From Chiloscyllium plagiosum (Eukaryota), in the NCBI RefSeq assembly GCF_004010195.1, contig NC_057734.1, forward strand, positions 45,147,605 to 45,211,604: a DNA stretch of 64,000 nt. Direction: 5' to 3'. Positions within the stretch are counted from its first letter, which is position 1, and each line of letters starts with the position of its first letter. Of this stretch, positions 52,952-64,000 are shown in pieces. Both the position numbers and the translations under genes were made by a program. The notes below the pieces were generated by a model that ran no database searches, was not told the DNA's origin, and saw only the letters and a program-made list of their open reading frames with translations.

Positions 52952-55900
52952 CTGTTTAAAATAAGTCAGGTTCATGTGAGTTAAGGGACTGCATTTTTAA
53001 ACAGGAGATTTATTCTAAGATAATACAATTTAAATTATGTCAATCACGGAATGTAATGAATAGTTCACTTAATTTTGCGTGCATTTAAATGTACTATTTA
53101 ATCCAAGAAGGACTGAATATGAGAGACCGCTTTGTTTCGGTCTGATGAAATCATATTGATCTTTAATGGCAGGCTGGAGTGTGGCAATGGATCTGACTAA
53201 ATCTAGAGAGAAGATGCGTTTGTTTCATTTTGCAACGGTATTCCTTGAAAAACATAAGGAACATCTTAGTATAGCTGCTGATGACACTTCATGCAGCTGC
53301 CATGGCTCTACAATAAGGTACCAAGGTCCTCGCCACGTTTAGAAATACTATTGATAATATGAAAAGTTATCATATGTAAAAGCTGTGTTGATTCGTTAAC
53401 GTGAAGAAATTGTAATCAGGTTTATTACAAGTGGTTCGATCAATTATTGCTAACGTAAAATAGTTGATCAACAGCTAACTCTCATCTCGTCTTGATAGTC
53501 AATAACATTTCCATCACACTATAACTCCGCTATCGATATTTGGTGGTTATCATTGCCCGGAAACAAAACTATTCCAGCCATGTACTTAGGATGGCTACAT
53601 GAGCAGGGCAGTGGAAGAATAACGCAATTCCTGATTCCCCAAAACTGATCGGTCATTTAAATGCAGTTTCCACCACACTCTCCACAGTCGGCATTACCCC
53701 ATACAAAGCAGTCCATTTGACTGGAATCCTGTCCACCCCATTAAACATGTGCAAGATGCACTGCAGCAACTCAACAAGGCTCTGACAAAAAATATCTTCC
53801 AAATTCTAAAACTCTATTAACTGGAAGGATATGGAAAGCAGGCGTATGGGGATAGCACCACCTGCAAGTTTTCCAAAACACATCCCACCCTGTACTGTAA
53901 CTATATTGCCGCTACTTCACTGTAGCTGTTTTTAACACCAGGCATGCCCTCCCTTTTACACCAGCTCTACCCCCTCCACAGCGTACATGTCATCAGAAAA
54001 GTGTAAATAGGCTACCCTGTATAAACATTAGCAGTTGTTTTACTCTGTCACCAAGTCCAAAATCTCACCAATGCGCTCTCGTGCTGCTTGAATGGGAGAT
54101 TTGCTGGATCTCATCGAGTAAGGATTACCTCGCAGAGATACTGTGAGAAGCCATGTCTATTATTTCAGTCAATTAAATATTCCCAATTACATTAATGCTG
54201 CATAGATTTTGTTTCGGATTCGGCCTTCTCTGATCACTGACATCGAAATCACCAGCCGCTGAGATCAGAAACAATCAGGGGAAAGAACAGGAAATCTCTA
54301 TCGGTAGTGCACATTCTCATTGGAATATTTGACGGTGTCACGAATCCAAGTACAATATAACGAGGAGATCGTGCATCTGACCTCATGCTCATTTTCAGTT
54401 TAACAAGACTGTACTAATTCCGAGTTTCACCAGGTTTGTTGATTGCACTTAAGGCCAGTGAATGCGCCGCTAATTTCATTGCAATTCGCATACGCTTCTT
54501 CAGAGAAGCAGTCATGTCTTATTTGTTGGTCGCTTTGAGAATTCAGTTTTCCATTTGGTCCGCCAATTAGACAATACGCTACAAACGTCGAGAGTGTGGC
54601 GCTGGAAAAGCAAAGCCGCTCAGGCAGCATCCGAGGAGAAGGAGAATCGACGTTTGGGGCACACCCTTCATTTAGGAATGATGAGGGGCTTACACCCGAA
54701 ACGTCGATTCTCCAGCTGGCCTCATTCCTAATGAAGGTCTTTTGCAGAACCACACTCTCGACTCCTATCTACAGCATCTGCAATCCACGCTTTCGAACTG
54801 AACTTCCGTTATAAATCGAAGTCGCTAGATTCATTACAACAGTAGTCGCCGTTAAGAAAGTTAAGGGAACCGAGAACGCAAAAAGCTGAGAACTAATGTT
54901 ACCTCTTCTCAACCGCTATCTCTACAGATGCTGCCAGATCTGCTGACGTTCTCCAGCAATTTCTGTTTTTGTTTCAGATTTCCAGATTCCGCAGCTCATT
55001 GTCTTACTTGAAGCTAAAGTTACGACCAATTTTTGACTTTCCATTGCCCTTTGTGTTTTGAAGAGGGAATTTATATGGGGTTACCTTTCTCGCTTCGTCG
55101 ATCAATTCAATCAGCTGGCGTTGGGACACCATCATTTACTTATGGAAATCGTTACTATATCTTTTAGTTAAGTATTAAAGTAAAGGTCCATTCCTTGTGT
55201 ACGCCGAGGAGAATCGCGGAACAGAAAAATAGTGCCCTAAATATTTCACTAAAAATAACAAAGGATTCTGGGGATCTGAGACGAAAACAGAAATTCCTGG
55301 AGAAACTTAGTAGGTCCGGCACCATCTTTGGAGAGAAAGCAGAGTTAATGTTTGCAGTGCAGCTCTAATGAAGAGTCACCGGACTGGAAACGTCAACTCT
55401 GCTTTCTCCCCTCACACGCTACTAGACCTGCTGGAAGTTTCTCCAGCAATTTCTTTTTTTTTGTTTCTTAAACATTCTCCCGTCCACTGGCACAGAGACG
55501 ATGGCGCCAATTGTTCTTCAGGCCGCTGTAAAGCCACTCAGCACAGAACAAACACTCAGCAGAATGCCTTATAAACCTGCAAGATTCAGTTCTTAACCAG
55601 TCAATGGGCAGCTCCAGATAATTTAGAATGAATTTATATTCTATTGTGAACAGAATGTTACAACTGTAGCAGATTAAAATGTAGACATTCATAGTATTTT
55701 GCTCTTAAACGGAATCCAATTTTGAACTCTACAGGAAAAGGGGTTTTACTCACTGCCCACACTCAGCTTGGTGCCTGTGCCGAAGAAGTACATGTTGTTC
55801 TTCCATAAGGCACAGTAATAGTCCGCGGCGTCTCCCGATTCAACTCTGCTGATACTTAACGTTCCTGTGTTGCCGGAGACAGAGCCCGAAAACCGGTCTG

Positions 55901-56296
55901 GAACACCTGAGGCTCTGTTCGTGCTGCTACCAGCGTAGTGATAAAGCAGATACCGAGGTGCATTTCCAGATTTCTGCTGATACCAATAAATGTTGCTGCT
56001 CCCTAAGGAGGCACCCGACAAAGTACAACTAATCTGGACGGTCCCTCCGAGGGATATCGATTTTGAAAGCGGTTGGTTTACCGTAATCTCTGCGCTCGAA
56101 ACTGGAGGAAGAAAGGCATCAAAAATATTACTGCTGTGTACTTTGATCAATTATTGAAACGATTGAATATATACGCACTTGTAAGATCACACCAAACAAT
56201 CTGCACAAAATGGATTTCACAGTAAATCTAAATGTGAGAACACCCACCTGCAACGCAGAAATAGAGTACAACAATAACACGTGCCCAGTCAGACAT
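52629..56296 (-). CDS. IGL: Immunoglobulin light chain IgL-B, germline-joined VJ-C, lambda (type II/NS3-like C); complement(join(52629..52951,55754..56101,56248..56296))
   Basis: Leader MSDWARVIVVLYFCVAVSSA; V EITVNQP...SCTLSG...WYQQKSG...DYYC; CDR3 ALWKNNMYF; J FGTGTKLSVG; C SPREPSVSLLPPSS...NGVETSRVQQE.DNTFSVSSYLTLSAS...SISRSSCM, matching the shark lambda C signature. All introns GT-AG, phase 1. Confidence 0.95.
54587..54762. mobile_element. PLE-derived palindromic element in the IgL-B J-C intron
   Basis: GTCGAGAGTGTGG pairs with CCACACTCTCGAC; GGAGAATCGACGTTT (54641-54655) pairs with AAACGTCGATTCTCC (54699-54713); two back-to-back degenerate hammerheads. Confidence 0.8.
55754..56101 (-). 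CDS. IgL-B pre-joined VJ exon
   Basis: Acceptor CTTCCTCCAG ending 56102; donor GTGAGT at 55753; open frame through V, CDR3 and J; no RSS. Confidence 0.96.
56248..56296 (-). CDS. IgL-B leader exon
   Basis: CACCATG start context, 16 codons plus 1 nt, donor GTGGGT; same length and W-x-R-V-I motif as the IgL-A leader. Confidence 0.9.
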
Positions 56297-56371
56297 GGTG
56301 AAAAGTTTAACCAGGCTGAGATGCATTGAGAGCTGTTTAAGCAGATGGATTCAGTACCTGAAAGGTTCACT

Positions 56372-56448
56372 CTTTTAATAAGACCTGACACCGAGAAGGT
56401 GTTGCCCTCTGCTGTTATGCAAATTATTATTTTCATCTCAACCAATCA
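56372..56448 (-). promoter_or_regulatory. IgL-B promoter: CCAAT box, octamer, TATA-like element
   Basis: ATGCAAAT on + at 56417-56424 (ATTTGCAT in gene sense); ATTAAAAG at 56379-56372; CCAATCAG near 56442. Confidence 0.9.
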
Positions 56449-57503
56449 GCCTCTGAAATCCAAAGACAATCTCAAAATCCCTTCAGTTTCAAAGAATGTA
56501 AAACGATATCTCTGTTATTTTTCTCCACAGGTGTTGGTCAGACTTGCTTGCTTCTCTAGCACTGTCTGTTTTTGATTATGACTTCCAGCATCCGCAGCAT
56601 TCTGTGTTTATATAAAACATGCCATTTACCTTCTGAAGCGTGCATCGCCTTTTTGACACATCTACCCAACACCCAAATGTCGCAGCGTTCCGGGTAAAGT
56701 GATGGGGTCCAGTCCGCCCAGCGTTGGCTCCGACTGCCTAAACAGTACAATTGGTCACTGGGAAGGACAGATAACTCAAACACAGATACTTGCTGAACTA
56801 CTATCGCCAGAATTTTCAGTATATTCTCTGAATTTCAACATCCTCTGCATTTTGCGTTTTCTAACACCTTACTTGCAGTTACTTGCATTGGAGAAACTTT
56901 GTAATTGTGTTTAGGTTTCACAGATTGATTGGTTGAGTTGAAAACATCCATGAATGTTAATTTTAACACTGAGATCATTAAATGTTGTTCATCAAATGCA
57001 TTAAGGGACACAGGCCAAAGTCAGGAATACGGCACAGGCCCACAGATCAACCATATCTCATTAAATTGCGGAACAGAGTCGAGGGCCTGAATGGTCTACT
57101 CCTGTCACTATGTTCCATACTTTCTCCATTGGTCTGTCATGTCACCAAGACAGGCTGTGAAAATAAATCAGACGAATAGGTTTTGAAGAACTGGCGCCAA
57201 ATTCCAATAAAGCTGGAAAGCCCAGATGCGGGCGTTTTGTGCAACTCGCGCGATTTCCACTGCAGGTTGAATTATTAGTGAAATCCCAATAATGTCTCAC
57301 ACAGCAAGGATGGTGAGAACGAACCGTTGGTGAGAACGATTGGCGAGTTAATAGGCGAAAGGTCAGTAACGCAGCAGATGGAGGATTCATGGTCCGTGGA
57401 TCCAAAAGGAGCCTGTGAATGAGTATGCAATTACATTCACATCGTTACTAACTCTGCTGTCGCTTCTTCACCAACGCGATGATCACTGGTGTCCCCCTCT
57501 TGC

Positions 57504-58273
57504 TGATAAATGAAGAACCAACAGAGGTATAAGATCGCCCTGCTGTGAGCACTTGACCGAAGATTAAGTGACGCTACTCTTGGAGGCAAAGAAATCAAAG
57601 CTCAAGTTTTGACGTAGTAGTTTAGCTAATGAACATCCCGTATAAATCACAATTTGAAATCTCAGAAAATGTGTTATAACATCTGTTATCGCAAAAGATT
57701 GAAGGTTTCTTAAGTTGGGGATAAAGCTTTATTTAACTTCACTTTGCAAGTTTGACCAAAGAAACCTGAAACTTTTCTTCAGTTAATGATGAAATAACGC
57801 ACCAGGAAGAGGTTGCCTCTTTCTATCCACAGGAAACTGCAAGGCCTGTCGAATGTTTTCATTCCCAAGGTTAAATTAGTTGAACCTAAGATTCAAGTAC
57901 TTTGCAATCTTATCTCTTCATGTTTGATTCAAGGTATATTGTTGTAAATAGTTGTAAAAATGCATAAAGCCACTTCCTTCTGAAAGAAAATAATGTAACA
58001 AGAACAATGTGCTTTTTACCCAGTTTTGAGAAACAATGTGAAATTTCAGAAAACAGCATGTTTTAAGTCATTTGTATTTATTGGAAGGATTTTCATATGA
58101 TAACACATTTTCTGAGATTTCAAATTGTGATTTATACGGGATGTTCATTAGCTAAACTACTACGTCAAAACTTGAGCTTTGATTTCTTTGCCTCCAAGAG
58201 TAGCGTCACTTAATCTTCGGTCAAGTGCTCACAGCAGGGCGATCTTATACCTCTGTTGGTTCTTCATTTATCA
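57504..58273. repeat. Perfect 174-bp inverted repeat (57504-57677 and 58100-58273) with 422-bp spacer
   Basis: Base-by-base comparison shows no mismatch over 174 bp. Confidence 0.95.
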
Positions 58274-58577
58274 TCAAGATCTGATGCTATAACCCAGGTA
58301 AAGCTGGTGCAGCACATTACAACGAGCTTAGCCCCGCGCTCAAGGGGATGCTTGAGGGCATTCTCAAAATTGCCCAAACACCTGAGGCGGTTTTTCACGA
58401 CCGTAGCGAACCTTGCAACAGTCGGCTCGATGAATACATGGGCCTGATATAGTATTAAATTCTTTTGTTTCGTTTTCTTGGTTCCAAAAAATCCAGCAGG
58501 GCCTAAAGTTTCTCGTTAATTTTGCAGCCCTTCTCTCGGCGGCCCTCCCTAAATATGCTGTGGAAACCTGGGGTTGA

Positions 58578-58741
58578 CAAAGCTAAAACACACACAACGC
58601 CAGGCTATATCCAACAGGTTTATTTGGAAGCACGAGCTATCGGAGTGTTGCTACCTGATGAATAAGCAGCGCTCGGAAAACTAGTGCTACCAAACAAACT
58701 TGTTGGACTATAACCTGGTGTTGCGTGAATTTTAACTTTGT
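58578..58741. mobile_element. Miniature fold-back PLE-derived element
   Basis: Inverted pseudo-LTR ends as in 39500-39705, with central CTGATGAATAAGCAGCGCTCGGAAAACTAGTG. Confidence 0.78.
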
Positions 58742-59749
58742 CCTTCCTGAATATGCGTGATTGCAAATAAATTGTTTTGGCCTGATTCAACGCTGGGACT
58801 TCAGTGATTTCTACAACGCATCAATGGTGTTATTCGATTGAAAATAATAACATATCCACTTTTGCTGATAATACAAATCCAAACGTGAATGCAGAAAGCT
58901 TGGAGACAGAGGGCACAAACAGGCTGAAAATACATAAAGAGCGGTTGACTGAATCTTAATAAGCTCAATGTGGACAAATATGAAGCAGCCACTTGTCAAA
59001 ATAAAGTACAAAGCAGAATATTTATAACCTATATGAAAAGCCGAAATATTAATGCTGATTGCAACATTCTGATTAAAGACGGCCTGCGATCAGTTTCCAG
59101 CCCCAAAGCATTTAACTCTTTTTGGAACAAATTAAGCTTTCCCAAAGCATCTGTTACTTTCTGCAAGTAGGTTATCACTGTCTCATTCGTAAAACGTGTG
59201 CACCTGCGGCTCTAACTTCTTGACATGACCTATGTGTTGGTGAATAACGTGAAACGTGTACTTCCAAATTTGCAGGGGTATCACAATCTGTTATTGAGAG
59301 CAGCGACGAACCCTCTTCTACTGAACCCATGACATGAGCTTCACGGACACCTTGCTCAGGGTGACGGAGTAATGGAGATAGAGGGGCAGGATTTCAATCA
59401 TCACAGACTCTCCCTTTTTCGAGCTGCACATTTCAGGTGAACACAAGTGTTACCGCACAACCATCACATATAGAGTGCGCCCCCTGCTGCTCCCTTTCAT
59501 GATGTCTCGTTTCCTCCTTCAAAACAGTTCTATATTACGTTTGTGGAAAACCCACGGTTCTGTTGCAGGAATAACATTCCATTGTAGACACTAAGCAGCT
59601 GCCACTGCTGAATTACTGCCGTCACCAATTGATAACCCCATTGATCCTGTGGATTGCTCAGAGAATTGCATTTATAATTATTAGATATAACTAATTTTCT
59701 TGTTGATACCTAATTCCCTCTATCAGCTCGTGACATCCTCCTTGTACAT

Positions 59750-60910
59750 AGAGCCATACATCACGGAAACAGACCTTTCGGCTGAAAATGTCCATGCCGA
59801 ATGTAATTCCAAACTAAACTCGTCCCACTTGACTACGATTGGCTCATATACCACAAAACATTTCCTATTTATTTGCGTATCCAAATGTCTTTTACATTTT
59901 GGAATTGTAGCCAAATACACCATGTCTTCTGGAAGTTCATTCTACACTTGAACGACACTCTTGTGTAAAACAGCTATCCCGAGTGTCTTTTTTGAATCTT
60001 TATTTCCTCAACTTCGACATATGCCTCCTAGTCTTGAAATTCCCGACTATTGGGCCAATATACACCTGCCATTCACCTTTTCTATGCCCCTCATGATTTT
60101 ATAAACCTCTATAAGGTCACCCCTCAACCTCCTACACCAATGAGAAACTTCCCAGCGTATCCAGCCTCTTCCTGGAACTTAAACTCTCCATCCCTGACAA
60201 AATTCTGGTAAATCTCTTCTTAACCCTCTCCAGTTTAATGATAGCATACTTATAACAGGGCGATCAGAACTGTAGACAGTACGCCAGAAACGGCCTCACA
60301 ATGTACTGCAAATCTCAACATGATGTCTCAACTCCCATACTCAAAGCTCTGAAGAATGAAGGAAAACGTTCGAAACGCATTCTTAACCACCTTGTCTGCA
60401 TGTGATGCACACTTCAACCAATGATTCCCTAGCCCATCTATCCTACAACAATACCCAAGGTCCTACTTTTACTTGTATAAGTCCTGTCTTTGTTTTACCA
60501 AAATACAATGCCTCACATTTATCCAAATTAAAAATCATCTGCAAACTCCTGAGCTCATTGGCCCAATTCGTCAAGGTTTCTTTGTAATCATAGATAACCT
60601 TCTTTTTTGTCCACTATACTGTTAATGTTCATGTCATCCACAAACTTACAAATCATGCCTTTTATGTCCTGATTTAATTCATTCATATAAGTGACCAACA
60701 AAAGTGGATCCAGGACTGAACCCTGCAGAACATCGTTTGTAACAGGCCTCCAGTTCAAAAAACAACCCTGCACTCTCACTCTCTGTCTCCTACTGTAAAG
60801 GCAATTTTGTATCCAATTGGCAAGCTCACCCTGAATCCCATGTGATCTGATTTAATTAATTAGTCTACGCTGCAGAGCCTTGTCGAAGGCTTTGAAAATT
60901 TCAAGTAAAT
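59750..60910 (-). mobile_element. CR1 LINE 3' part, decayed
   Basis: VLQGSVLDPLL...KFVDD RT motifs and CR1 3' UTR. Confidence 0.8.
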
Positions 60911-61504
60911 ATCTTAACATAAGATGGAGCACTAGTTGGTAATCTTCAAAATCGCTGCCTCTCCCTGTCAGGTCTGGTAATTCAAGAATGCTTTCCATGC
61001 CCCCCACCCGGATGGGACTTCATTCTAAGACGTGGGAATACCGTGGCAATCCGATCGAATTGTGGGGGTGAGGGGGGGTGGCGGGGGGGAAGGTGGTGGA
61101 GGGGGTGATGGCTGTGGTCTCAGTATCTCTGCATTGGGAATTCGCACCCAGATCTGTGTGAATGCACTCAAGCAAAGAGCATGCTGTTGGTTAAAGCTCT
61201 GCTGTTTGTTTTCCGCTCAGACAATAATAGAAACCCTGTGGGACTATCTGCAGTAAACCTTCAGGTGAAATCACTATTCCGATTAGAGGTGAAGTGATCT
61301 GAAACCAGGTTGGTGTTCCCGGATTTGGACGAATGAGCCGCTCAATTCGTCAATGAAATTCAATGGCCATAAATCCCATTTCAGCCCTCCATAAGCCCCA
61401 GCCAATCGGAATCTTTTTGGTGTTTCGTTTCCGTTTCCAAAAGATCTGAACGCAATTGGACAGCGCTGGGTTTTGAGAATGGGGTAGGGGCAGTTGTTGC
61501 GACT

Positions 61505-62366
61505 CGGGTACAGTGTTGCTGGAAAAGCACAGCAGGTCAGGCAGCATCCGAAGAGCAGAAATATCGACGTTTCGGGCGGAGCCCTTCATCAGGAATGAGG
61601 CTGAGAGCCCTGGCTGTGGAGAGGTAAATGGGAGGGGGTGTGGCTGGGGGGAAGGTAGCTAGGAGGTGGACGGAGGTGGGAGTGATGGTGATAGTCGGGC
61701 AGGTCATGAGGGCTGTGCTGAGCTGGAAGGTTGGAACTGGGGTAAGGTGGGGTGAGGGGAAATGAGGAAATTGGTGAAGTCCACATTGATGCCCTGGAGT
61801 TGAAGGGTCCCGAGGCGGAATATAAGGCATTCTTCCTCCAGGCTTGGGTGAGAGTGGCGATGAAGGAGGCGCAGGACCTGCGTGTCCTCGGCACCGTGGG
61901 AGGGGGAGTTGAAATGTTCGGCCACAGGGTGATGGGGTTGATTGATGTGGGTGTCCCGGTGATGTTTTCTAAAGCGCTCTGCGCGAAGGTGTCCAGTCAC
62001 CCAGTGTAGAGGAGACTGCATCGAGAGCAACGGATACAATAAATGACATGTCTGAAAGTGCAACTGAAATTGTCCCACCTGTTAATCTTCCTTCCCACCT
62101 ATCCGCTCCACCCTCCCCTCCGACCCATCACCTTTACCCCCACCACCATCCACCAATTGCACACTCAGCTACCTTCGCCACAGCCCCAACCCTCTTCCAT
62201 TTATCTCTCCATTCCCGAGGCTCTCAGCCTCATTCCTGATGGCGGGCTCCGGCCCGAAACGTCGATTTTCCTGCTCTTTGCATGCTTCCTGACCTGCAGT
62301 GCTTTTCCAGTAACACACTCCAACTCTGATCTCCAGCATCTTCAGACCTCAATGTCTCCCTGCTAG
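61505..62366. mobile_element. Penelope-like fragment with inverted arms and a hammerhead motif in each arm
   Basis: GIY-YIG tail (VAEHFNSPSH, LEEECLIFRLGTLQ) on -; about 62060-62366 is inverted relative to 61505-61700. Confidence 0.85.
61562..61596 (-). ncRNA. Minimal type I hammerhead ribozyme motif
   Basis: ATTC-CTGATGA-A-GGGC(TCC)GCCC-GAAAC-GTC-GATA: complete core and GUC cleavage triplet. Confidence 0.72.
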
Positions 62367-63059
62367 TCTGGATGACCATTTACCGAACTGTTCTGTTTTA
62401 AACACCTGGATTCACTTCCGAGTTTCTAACGAAAAGCCAGCATAAACCACAAACTTCACCCTGTCACCCTCAAAAGACCATCTGACAACCATGCTGTCCG
62501 GGCCGAGTGCTTGGTCTGCCCAGTGGAAAGCTACAGCTCAAAGAGCATTCAACAGATATTCTGCGCCATTGACCCTCCAGAGAAAAAAAGAATGAAGATT
62601 AAAATCTTGATGACTGCACATCTTGCTTTTTACTGCATTTCATAGGATAATTCCTGCTATTAAATCAAAAACAAATTGAATGATTCCCTCTGCTGGGTGG
62701 ACTTTACAGATAACAATTAATAACAAGGCGAGCCTTAGGTTTAAGACGGATCAATTTTGTTAAATGAGGTACCATCCACACGGACGTTTAAACTGTCAAC
62801 TTTTAAGTATGGAGTCATAGAATCATACAGTACAGAAGATACCAACTGAACCATCGACTCTCTGCACCTCATTTGGAGTGTGAAGAAAACAAAATTCATA
62901 TGCAAACCCTGTCAAAATGCCATAGTCATTCAGAGGCTCTAATGGAGCACATTGGCTCAACCATTTAAAATAAGAAAAAGATTCACATTACCTGAATAGA
63001 TTACGTATAGATTAAGTGGCAGATCAAATGAATTACTAGGAATGTGCTTTCCTGGGACA

Positions 63060-64000
63060 GGTGAAAGCAATGACTGCAGATTCTGGAAACCAGATTCTGG
63101 ATTAGTGCTGCTGGAAGAGCACAGCAGTTCAGGCAGCATCCGAGGAGCAGTAAAATCGACGTTTCGGGCAAAAGCCCTTCATCAGGAATACAGGCAGAGA
63201 GCCTGAAGGGTGGAGAGATAAGTGAGAGGAGGGTGGGGGTGAGGAGAAAGTGGCATAGAGTACAATAGGTGAGTGGGGGAGGGGATGAAGGTGATAGGTC
63301 GGGGGGAGGGGGGGTGGAGTGGATAGGTGGAAAAGAAGATAGACAGGTCATAGTCATAGAGTCATAGAGATGTACAGCATGGAAACAGACCCTTCGGTCC
63401 AACCCGTCCAAACTGACCAAATATCCCAACCCAATCTAGTCCCACCTGCCAGCACCTGGCCCATATCCCTCCAACCAAACCTATTCATATACCCATCCAA
63501 ATGCCTCTTAAATGCTGCAATTGTACCAGAGTCCATCACATCCTCTGGCAGCTCATTCCATACATGTACCACCCTCTGCATGAAAAGGTTGCCCCTTAGG
63601 TCTCTTTTATATCTTTCCCCTCTCACCCTAAACCTATGATCTCTAGTTCTGGACTCCCCGACACGAGGGAAAAGACTTTGCCTATTTATCCTATCCATGC
63701 CCCTCATAATTTTATAAACCTCTATAAGGTCCGACGCTCCAGGGAAAACAGCCCCAGCCTGTTCAGCCTCTCCCTGTAGCTCAGGTCCTCCAACTCTGGC
63801 AACATCCTTGTAAATTTTTTCTGAACCCTTTCAAGTTTCACAAGTCAGGACAAGTCATGGGAACAGTGCTGAGCTGGAAGTTTGGAACTGGGGTGAGGTG
63901 GGGGAAGGGGAAATGAGGAGATTCAGGGCAGAGGAAATGACCTGGGAGTTGCAGTGGGAGAGGGACTCCCTGAGATTCTTGTAGAGAGAGGAGGAAAACT
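63060..64000 (-). mobile_element. PLE 3' fragment interrupted by a CR1 3' fragment (about 63347-63843)
   Basis: PLE terminal family sequence resumes at about 63845. CR1 ORF 63354-63707 (TRDHRFRVRG, FMQRVVHVWNELP) and (ATAGAGTC)n tail. Confidence 0.85.
63153..63189 (-). ncRNA. Minimal type I hammerhead ribozyme motif
   Basis: ATTC-CTGATGA-A-GGGC(TTTT)GCCC-GAAAC-GTC-GATT. Confidence 0.75.

Overview
AT-rich, repeat-dense vertebrate genomic DNA, most likely from a cartilaginous fish (shark), judged from the V-SINE/HE1-type SINEs, CR1 LINEs and cluster-type immunoglobulin genes. The only host genes I can support are two intact immunoglobulin light-chain mini-loci arranged tail-to-tail about 22.8 kb apart: IgL-A on + (27236-29851) and IgL-B on - (56296-52629). 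Each has an octamer/TATA promoter, a 49-nt leader exon, a V exon already fused in frame to J in the germline with no RSS, a J-C intron, a C exon and a polyA signal. IgL-B has a typical shark lambda (type II/NS3-like) constant domain. IgL-A is a strongly diverged lambda-like chain (about 50-55% identical to IgL-B by hand alignment) with a 6-residue CDR3, a tetrapod-like J and elbow, and no WGCW hotspots in CDR1/2. The rest of the window is mobile DNA: a decayed Gmr1-type Ty3/gypsy LTR element (PR-INT-RT-RH order), Penelope-like elements and fold-back derivatives carrying minimal hammerhead-ribozyme motifs, CR1, Tx1 and RTE LINE pieces, and SINEs. Two unexplained inverted duplications flank the IgL genes: a perfect 174-bp pair upstream of IgL-B and a diverged ~380-bp pair downstream of IgL-A.
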